A stretch of DNA of 7,450 nucleotides from Paraspadella gotoi (lineage: Eukaryota > Animalia > Chaetognatha): positions 1 to 7,450 of the forward strand of contig JBJCIZ010001389.1 of NCBI GenBank assembly GCA_051294375.1, in the 5' to 3' direction. Shown here piece by piece: positions 1 through 7,450 of this stretch. Numbering within the stretch: position 1 is the stretch's first letter; every line of letters starts with the position of its first letter. The notes under the pieces were generated by a model. It was not told where the DNA came from, searched no databases, and worked only from the letters and a program-made list of their open reading frames with translations. Made by a program: the position numbers and the translations under genes.

Positions 1-3000
1 CTACAAAGAATTAACGATCATCTCACTCATACTGTAACCTTCCGATTTGACCTACTTCCAAAATCTCATTTATATCTAAAAATATATTAACAAAAAGATA
101 AAAGATTCATCCCACAATTTTCTGAAAAAGTTTAAAACTCAGGAATCAAAACGATTTCTATATGAAAGTCATAAAATCATGACTGAATGAAATACTCTAA
201 TCAAACATACCATTGTTATAGCGAATTCAGGAGTGTATTTTAAACGTATGCCTGAGTGCAAAAAAAAAAAAAACAACCCTCTTCAATTCCTCTTCCAAAA
301 TCACACAAGATATACCTCTTCTCCACGACATACCAACTTAATCTACTTTACACTGGCAACGAAAAAACAATAATTCTTATACAACATATGAAGCTCATAT
401 GACCAATCTATTATTTCCAGCATAGTAAAGATAGAAGTTTAAAATCAACGGCCGCCCCCCTTTACATTGGATTCCTGTAAAAAAAAAACGGACGTAAACC
501 TTACAAAGAGATCGCACTAACCGGAATCTTTCCAACAACCATGTGTTTTTCTTCCCTTCTGAGCCCAGATCGTCACGTGACCTAGCAGTTGCTCACAAAA
601 GAAAGACATATACTGACTCCTTCTTTTAATGCTATCCCATGAATATAAAGAATGCCATCAAACAACCGCCAAATGTGCGACATTAAAACAATAATATTTC
701 TCTCTCACCCTTTAAAAGAAATGCTTCACCAACAAGACCAAAACAAGAAACGAACAACAACTTAAGCCAAGCAATGGGATCCAATATCTGAGACAATCTG
801 AAACAATACAGTTTGAAAAGTTGCAAACCCGGCTCATATCTCATCCCTAAAACCTACTCTATTCCACATCAACTACCATCTCACGAAGACTCAGAATAAT
901 CTTTCAAAATAAGAAATGCCGACTTACTTTAAAGTACTTATTCTAACCCTCAACGTATGATGGCACACATAGTGAGTCCAATAAAACTATTTGTCAAATA
1001 ACTTAACTCATGGAGGCCTCTCGCTTTCTCTGTTAAAAAGCCAATGCACTCCTTTATATTATCTCCAATCGAATCACAAACCAACCTTGCCATGGATTGT
1101 CCATCATCCTAAGAAAACGAACTCTCACGGCTGTGTAACACCTACATCTAGTTCATGTACTTACTTATCCAGTCACCTGCGCGCCCAGATAAAAGAACTA
1201 TGACTTTGTGAACCAGGCGTAAGGAGTTCTTACTCGCCATTCATTTTTCGCAGTTCGATGCGGGCGATTCATCTGTGAGAAGCGCTCGTACACTTATACT
1301 GTATTATCCCTCAGTGTAAATTCATGGAACACTGTCAAAAATAGAGCACCATAAGCTAATAACACGGCTATAGGCACCAAAAAATTAAAGGAAGAGACTA
1401 CAAGAAGGATAGAGAGAAACAGATATTATTAAGAAGTTACCTAGAGCACGTTATATTAGGATCAGGTGAACTTACTTTCATTCGGCAGTATCGTATTATA
1501 CAGAGTACCGGTCCCCGTAATAATTACCATTCAAAATCTGAAGGTACTGAGGACAAATCTAAATGTTTAAACACAGTAAAGGACGTTGGTAAAAATGCAC
1601 CCAAGAGGAGAGCACAGAGAGCTCGAATCCCGAACTAGCCAGCAGGTAAGAACACTGGTGCGCAGATATAACAGCACACCAGCGCAATACCCTCCCGGTC
1701 TTCCTTCTCCACTACCCTAACGGAGTTATCTTCATTCACACCGGCCCCCGACATACTAGAAAGGTTTGCCCCATCGAGCGCAACGTGATCATCTCTGCGC
1801 TCCGGCACGTGCCGTGCTGGTAAATACTGCAGAGTGTCTTTATTGTTAGTAATTCATCCCATCGATCATTTCTTCAGGAGCCGAAACGTCAGATCGTAAC
1901 CGATCAGCTCGTCGCCGTCCGTCGTCGTCACCGAGTCAGTTTTCCTCCGTTGCCACAGTGCAGTGCGTTGCACTGGACGGAAGTAACAAGGAACTGGATT
2001 CTGGCTCTACTGGCACGGCACTGACTCTGCTCACGTAGGAACCCTAATAATTCCTATCAGTAATACTCTACCAGAATACAAATTAAAAGATACGTCTTTT
2101 TTTTATACTCAAGTTATTAATAATAAAGTATAGAGTACTATTATCAATAAAAGTATTAGTTTAAATTAATATATACATTTGTTAAATAACATAAGAATTT
2201 TTTTAAAATCTAGTTAATCTGCATTGATTTTTATAATAATTGATAATACCTATTATAATAAAATAAATTGACTTCATCACCTAAAAACTTATATCTATAT
2301 TACCATTGTCTTGGCATTAATTTAAAAGAAAAGAATGAAAATTATAAAGTGTTTTATAAACCCATAAAATATCAATTAATATTTAACAAACAAGTACTAA
2401 CCGATAACACTTATCTTTTTTATAATAAGCACAATGTCCTAACCTTAATATCACCTGTAATATTATTCATTTATTATTAACCAATTATGTCTCGTATATA
2501 ATCATCATTGAAACTATTGTTAAGCTACTTAACTCAAATCTGATAACCAATAACCAGGCAACTAGAGCTATCATTATATCCTATACCAACCTCACAAACG
2601 CATCCAATAATTATAACATTTTAATGACAGTTATCAAACGTATTTTTAAAATTAAAGAACGTTACTTTAAATAACGTGTATTCTTGGATACCTCGCATAA
2701 ATAAGTTTTGCATTTAGTGATAAACTAAAAAAAAATAAACATGAAGAAGTCACAATAAATAAAAAATTCACATCAACTATTTTTAACAGAAAATATGGTT
2801 AACAAAATTATATATTCACATCTTCCTACAAAAAATATCCCTTACGCCATTTGCAATTCTTCCCCCACCTAGGCAACAAACAACTTGAGGACGAACCCCA
2901 GGAAAAGCTCCCCCCTCACCCAGGTTCTACCTGACTTCTCACCGTGTTTGGCCATTCTTGACACATCAACCTCGCATTTCTCTCTCTTTCTCCTCAGAGT

Positions 3001-4452
3001 ACCCTTAGATGCATTCTGTCGATAAATCCTCTTGTACAAAGGTGAGAACAGCTCTACATGTAGCTGGCCTTTGAACATCCAAAAATTTGAGATCCAATCA
3101 ATAGCAACAAGAGAGTAAAGGAAACTTACAAAGAAATAAAAAAAGAAAACTCGCGGAAACACCCCAAGAAGTTCCATAACATAAGGTTGTGTCGCCAGGA
3201 AATGGAGAATGAGAACGGAATAACGTGGATTTGCAGCTGATTGAACTGAAAACTTTCCAAAAGGAATAATATTTATAGAAACCAATTTCGTCAGAAGGTA
3301 AAAGCTTTTACTTTTAAATCCGATTCAGTCGACTTCCCAGTATTAATACAAGTCGATTTTTTTATATTTTAACTGATTAATAAGATCTGTAGTGTAAATG
3401 ATCAACGAAGGGTAGGCTGTTTTTTAAGGGAGAAAAAGAGGTTTTTATTGACATAGAACGTTGGGAATTTATATTTCATATTTAGGAGAGACAAATATGT
3501 AGATTACGGCAATATAGCAGAGGCAGAGCACTCATAAACAAATATATAGTCATAGGACGTTATTGATGTTTGTACGTTCTTGAGGAAGTTGAAGAGGTAA
3601 GATCTCGCCTAATATATCTCAAAGCTAAGTTATTCCTTGTTTTTTTCGTCTTCCTTGTATTTTTATTCTGCCCTCTTCTGATTCGGTACTCTCAGAAAGA
3701 CGGAAGAGACAGAGGGACCAAAAGACTAACATTCGATAATAAAACCATTCTCTGCGTTGTCACCCCCCTCCTATCTGCGGAAGACCTCTCGTGTATCTGA
3801 ATGGTCAGCGTAAGTTCATTATGGATCGCAGTCCTTTCATATTTCATCCATCTACCTATTGTTTAATCGTATACTATGGCCCTTTGTGAATCATAAGTCC
3901 TCCTCAGTAAGGCGGAAATAAGTAAAAATAAACAAGTTCTGCATTCTATTTCATTGACCCTATTTATGCGATAATACTTATAAAATGCGAAAGAAACTAT
4001 TAATATTAAATGCGATAGTTTTGCCACGGAAGCTTATGATTATCAGAATTTTCTTATCATTTTATCTATTGCAAACATTTGAAATTAAAAATTTGGCTCG
4101 CCGGTTCAACAGAGACCATGTGAGACCAAAATACAAATAAACCGCCACTATGTGCTGAGGGGAGTCGAGAAAAAAAACTAGAAAAAACTCACAATAGAGT
4201 ATAGTTCATTTAATTGAAATAGCTGTAGTAGAAAAATTTTCTGAAATCGAAATCCGTTTTTATATTCTGATTATTCTAAACCACCATTTTATACTCTCCG
4301 GCGTAATAAAGAACAGCCTAAATTTAAAAAAAAAAAGAAACACTTAAACTCGAGAAGCGGCGCCTCGTCCCTTGTCAATCCTTCGAAGCCAATGCCTCTG
4401 ATCTTCCAACATTTCCAACGTTTTGGCTTACTTCAGGTAAAACTATTTTATT

Positions 4453-4490
4453 ATGACATAATAATAATGACATAATGACATAATAATAAT
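4453..4490 (+). repeat. Short compound tandem repeat ATGACATA x3 with (ATA)n spacers
   Basis: ATGACATA occurs at 4453, 4467 and 4475. Confidence 0.85.
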
Positions 4491-4520
4491 TTATGTAGAG
4501 AGATTATAGTTAAACTTGTA

Positions 4521-4725
4521 CGATCTCTTGTGTAATTGTGCGTTTTTGAAAGGGAGAATCGAGCAAAAAAATAAAAACGTCGCCGATCTAAGAACGGGTT
4601 TTTAAATGTAAAGTTGAAAGAGAAAATATTATGATTTTGCTCTTGGTGATCCGTTCTTCGATGGCGACGTTTTTACTTTTCTCTCGATTCTCTCTCTCGA
4701 AAAGGAACGATCACGCAAGAGATCG
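4521..4725. repeat. Long imperfect inverted repeat (arms 4521-4597 and 4651-4725)
   Basis: Collinear perfect blocks CGATCTCTTG, GAGAATCGAG, TAAAAACGTCGCC and AAGAACGG in the left arm match the reverse complement of the right arm. Identity is roughly 80% by eye, with a 53-nt spacer. Confidence 0.92.
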
Positions 4726-4924
4726 GTGACGGACTTTTGCAGAGTATATAAAAACAATTATTGATCCTAAACGCGCTTTTAATAGATTGCGGGCGTGAAA
4801 TCAAAGGATATTTCACAGTAAAATTAGTTCGTGTTTATTGACTTTTTTGGAATAGTTTAAACCGGCTAAATTTTGCTTTCGCCGACCGCGGGTTTTGGTG
4901 GCTTTTGAAAAAACAACTTGAAAA

Positions 4925-4934
<10 letters not shown>

Positions 4935-4956
<22 letters not shown>
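4935..4956 (+). repeat. Poly(A) tract (A22)
   Basis: Uninterrupted A run read directly from the sequence. Confidence 0.95.
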
Positions 4957-4968
4957 TTAAACCAATTA

Positions 4969-5049
4969 CCCTAAACCCATTTAACCCTAATACCCCTAAC
5001 CCTAACACCACCCCTAAACTACCCTTAACCCTAACCACTCCATAACCCC
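4969..5049 (-). repeat. Degenerate telomere-like (CCCTAA/TTAGGG)n tract
   Basis: Six perfect CCCTAA hexamers (4969, 4985, 4994, 5000, 5012, 5029) and nine C-runs of 3 or more within 81 nt. Confidence 0.85.
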
Positions 5050-5100
5050 GGTTGGCGAAAGTAAAAGTAACCCATTTAACCTTTCCTTAACTAGTTTTAC

Positions 5101-5326
5101 TGTGAAATATACTTTTATTTAATGGCCACAAATCTAGCACTCAAATGTTACCCATCCCGTGTAAGTTTGACGAGGGTCTAGAATTGGCATTTTAACGTTA
5201 TACATAAAGTGATTAATACTTCTTAACTCCTGTTTAATTCCTCTTCTGCCCTTGTCAAACTTACACGCGGGGATGCAACATTTGAGCGCTAGTATTTACA
5301 GGTGTGAAATAAAAGGATATTTCACA
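5101..5326. repeat. Inverted repeat (core arms 5134-5176 and 5249-5292; outer arms 5101-5120 and 5307-5326)
   Basis: CTAGCACTCAAATGTTACCCATCCCGTGTAAGTTTGACGAGGG matches the reverse complement of 5249-5292 (CTAGCGCTCAAATGTTGCATCCCCGCGTGTAAGTTTGACAAGGG). The outer TGTGAAATATACTTTTATTT pairs with AAATAAAAGGATATTTCACA at 19/20. Confidence 0.9.
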
Positions 5327-5711
5327 AAATTCATAACCTAACTTTAATTTAATTGGGTATATTTTATAGGAAGGAGGACGGTGGGTGGATTTTGCGCTCT
5401 TCGATGACCTCACAAGAGAAATTATAAACATTTATGTCTTGGGAAAGCACGTCCATATGCGGGTGCGCCATGGGGCCGGCAAAATTCCTCCCACGGAAAG
5501 GGAATTAATTTTTTCTACAACGTTAGTGGGCGGGACTCACAACTTCCGCGTCTCCAGATCGGATGAATCGATATTCCGATGACCAAAAAGTTACAGAAGA
5601 TCGAAGAGAGAAAGGTAGTAGTATGTAGATTTGAACTGCATAAATTTTGTATATTTTGTATATTTAGTATTCAGTTGTACTTATTACCAGTATCCTTTAA
5701 TTAAAAGAAAT

Positions 5712-5757
5712 AGAGAGAGAGAGAAACTTTACATCTCTCTCCCTCTCCTGCTCTCTC
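5712..5757. repeat. (GA)n tract followed by (TC)n-rich tract
   Basis: AGAGAGAGAGAGA (5712-5724) followed by TCTCTCTCCCTCTCC...CTCTCTC; complementary low-complexity tracts. Confidence 0.7.
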
Positions 5758-5858
5758 ACCAACTTGTCTTCTCCTAAAAAAATAATTTAGCATTATTTAG
5801 CATTATTTTAAACTTTTTTAGAGTCTCATCGAATTCCGCCACTATCGAATGACGGCAC

Positions 5859-5883
5859 GCGATGCGATGCGATGCGATGCGAT
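5859..5883 (+). repeat. (GCGAT)5 pentanucleotide microsatellite
   Basis: Five perfect tandem GCGAT units. Confidence 0.95.
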
Positions 5884-6275
5884 TGGAGTGTCGGATCACT
5901 TTACCGGCGTGCGATCGCCTCTCCTGTCCTCGTCAATTTGGGGCATCATCATGCCTGACGACATACCGTGCGTCATAGACCATCAGCAAATTCAACGTGA
6001 AAAAAATAATTCGCGAAAACTGTAGTATCTCTCTCTTCTCTCGGACCATTTATACTACTTAATACATGTCGCTTATCAATTATTTGGGTAACTTTACTAT
6101 TCGACGTCTGCAACCAACTTTAGCTACTACCCGGTCGGTGCTTTGTTTATCCATTTAATGTTTTCCCTCTAGCGTCAAGTCATAGTTTGGCGCAATATAC
6201 ATTTTTTTTGGCTCAGAAATACAAATTTTATAATTATATAATATTTTTTTAAAATTTATTTTTAATTGTTTTTTT

Positions 6276-6475
6276 TTTTATGTTTGAGGTAGAAAATGAA
6301 TTGTTTATAAACAAGTTTTATAAAGAAACAATGTTTAAGTTGCCTCTGCTTTCAGGCTTATTTTACAAATGGCGACGTTCAAGATTTCAAAAGTTGTTTA
6401 ATTTATCGAAGTTAAAAACAGACAAGTTATAAAAGCATTTCCAAATTGTTTGTAAACAATCCATTAAACATAAAA
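6276..6475. repeat. AT-rich imperfect inverted repeat (arms about 6276-6323 and 6427-6475)
   Basis: TTTTATGTTT plus AATGAATTGTTTATAAACAA (separated by a 9-nt insertion) matches the reverse complement of 6446-6475 (TTTTATGTTTAATGGATTGTTTACAAACAA). The inner TTTTATAA (6316-6323) pairs with TTATAAAA (6427-6434). Confidence 0.7.
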
Positions 6476-6738
6476 TTTCGGTTAAAAGGTAAATAAACGG
6501 TCTTATAACCGTTTCGACGTCTTAATCTTTGAGGCAACTGAAGAATTTATAAAATTCCAAATCAAACGTTATCTAAAATAACCCAGATTGCCTCAGCCAA
6601 CCCTTTTTCCTTCAATTATCCGTCGTCGCGACTCCCAATCGCGAATTTGGGAAACTTGAACAAAGATATTTTCATTCCCAATCGTCGGACGTTGAGCCGT
6701 CTCCCCCTACGGCGACGCTCGCCACCGCCGATACACAT

Positions 6739-6941
6739 AAATTTCGGACATGTTTCAGCTTTAATGTAAGCTTTCCTCAGCGCAAAAACGAATTGATTGG
6801 TGAAACAAACATTTTCAGACTCTTTTTCTCTCTATCTCTCTCTCTTCAAATTTAAAAGTCTGTGAAAATATTTGTTTTACAAATCAATTCGTTTTTGCGC
6901 TGAAAAAAGTTTACATTGAAGCCAAAACATGTCCGAAATTT
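6739..6941. repeat. Long imperfect inverted repeat (arms 6739-6821 and 6857-6941, TC-rich 35-nt loop); MITE/fold-back-like
   Basis: The left arm and the reverse complement of the right arm match at 74/83 positions (9 substitutions, one 2-nt indel). Perfect blocks are AAATTTCGGACATGTTT (17 bp) and TCAGCGCAAAAACGAATTGATT (22 bp; 6777-6798 vs 6882-6903). No target-site duplication seen. Confidence 0.95.
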
Positions 6942-7033
6942 GTTTCTTAATAAAACTCGTACGTAAACAAACAAGTAAAAGAAAGGAAAGGAAAAACAAT
7001 ATTTTGTTATATTTTTTAAACTGTTAGCAATTC

Positions 7034-7078
7034 GGTTAAGGTTGGTTAGGGATTAAGGGTGGTTAAGGTTAGTTAAGG
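7034..7078 (+). repeat. Degenerate GGTTA(A)/TTAGG-like G-rich simple repeat
   Basis: GGTTAAGGTTGGTTAGGGATTAAGGGTGGTTAAGGTTAGTTAAGG, with repeated GGTTA/TTAAGG units. Confidence 0.7.
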
Positions 7079-7351
7079 ATTTGTAATAAAAAGTTATTTT
7101 ACCCTTACCAGTATCTTTTTTGATTTCTATACGTCGCTCATAAGAAGCAAAAAAAAAAATCCCGGTCGACGAATGTAAAAAGCTAATTATTTTGTGTTTT
7201 TAATTGTTATATTTAAGATATTTGCTTGTTACCTTATTGCATTTTTTCTGTCAAAAAATAATATAGATTTGAAATACACTTTTGCACATGATTACCTTAT
7301 TATTTATCTTTAACTTCTACTGAGTATGGATCAAGAAAAGAAAATTGGTAT

Positions 7352-7380
7352 GTCACGTGACCTCTTTCAGCCAATCAGAA
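7352..7380 (+). promoter_or_regulatory. Palindromic E-box GTCACGTGAC followed by CCAAT box (AGCCAATCAG); motif match only
   Basis: GTCACGTGAC at 7352-7361 (USF/MiT-TFE-type consensus) and CCAAT at 7371-7375 in the NF-Y-type context AGCCAATCAG. Function is untested and it may be part of a repeat. Confidence 0.4.
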
Positions 7381-7450
7381 TGCGAGAAAATTATGATTTG
7401 AAGAGTTTCATTATTTGGACAAAGAAATGTCTCCGTGTGTGATACTGAAA

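Larger units (their letters stand above)
4798..5120. repeat. Inverted repeat (arms about 4798-4901 and 5035-5120) enclosing poly(A) and a telomere-like tract
   Basis: AAATCAAAGGATATTTCACAGTAAAATTAGTT (4798-4829) matches the reverse complement of 5089-5120 at 29/32. TTTTGCTTTCGCCGACCGCGGGTT (4871-4894) matches the reverse complement of 5044-5066 (TTTTACTTTCGCCAACCGGGGTT). The left arm has about 20 extra nt at 4830-4848. Confidence 0.88.

Noticed and set aside
991-1203. 70-aa ORF (+)
   Set aside because: Non-ATG (TTG) start and no recognisable motif; composition reflects the A/C-rich skew.
1171-1240. Candidate minus-strand primer-binding sites (TGGGCGCGCAGG, TGGCGAGTAAG)
   Set aside because: No extended complementarity to a tRNA 3' end that I recognise, no adjacent LTR-terminal CA, and no second LTR in the window.
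1621-1635. GCTCGAATCCC resembling a tRNA T-loop or Pol III B box
   Set aside because: It mismatches GTTCGA, and no A box or cloverleaf is found around it.
1643-1651. Strong splice-donor-like CAG|GTAAGA
   Set aside because: Isolated motif with no supportable acceptor or reading frame; several similar motifs occur on both strands.
1870-1892. Penelope-type minimal hammerhead ribozyme (TCTTCAG...CGAAACGTC)
   Set aside because: CUGAAGA and GAAAC lie on opposite strands, so the catalytic core cannot form.
2268-2480. 70-aa ORF (+)
   Set aside because: TTG start; the K/N/Y/I/L-rich translation is typical of AT-rich non-coding DNA.
2869-3285. 138-aa ORF (-) with hydrophobic stretch
   Set aside because: TTG start; the Phe-rich stretch derives from an A-rich tract, and no domain is recognised. 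An exon cannot be fully excluded without BLASTX or RNA-seq.
3570-3800. 76-aa ORF (+) with apparent transmembrane segment
   Set aside because: TTG start; the hydrophobic run is explained by T-rich low complexity, and no family is recognised.
4795-5326. CRISPR-like array from the palindromic 23-mer repeats
   Set aside because: Only three copies in mixed orientation, spaced 200-300 bp apart, with no cas genes and a eukaryote-like context.
5385-5582. 65-aa ORF (+)
   Set aside because: GTG start, short, and no recognisable similarity.
6495-6545. Minus-strand hammerhead-like GAAAC-stem III
   Set aside because: No upstream CUGANGA box on that strand.

Overview
AT-rich, eukaryote-like (probably invertebrate or insect) non-coding DNA. 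None of the five listed ORFs resembles a protein family I recognise, and I see no rRNA, tRNA, CRISPR array or transposase/RT coding sequence. The clearest signal is a dense run of long, imperfect, mostly unrelated inverted repeats (fold-backs of about 200-320 bp) at 4521-4725, 4798-5120, 5101-5326, 6276-6475 and 6739-6941. A weaker one lies at about 1783-2036. The 4795-5326 block is the most unusual. Two hairpins share one arm (5101-5120), so their outer stems are mutually exclusive, and the first hairpin encloses an A22 tract plus a degenerate telomere-like (CCCTAA)n tract. The simplest explanation is decayed MITE/fold-back or Helentron-type non-autonomous elements in an intron or intergenic region. 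A dsRNA-forming locus (hpRNA or ADAR substrate) is possible but cannot be shown from sequence alone. I cannot support a claim of a new biological system. All alignments were done by eye.
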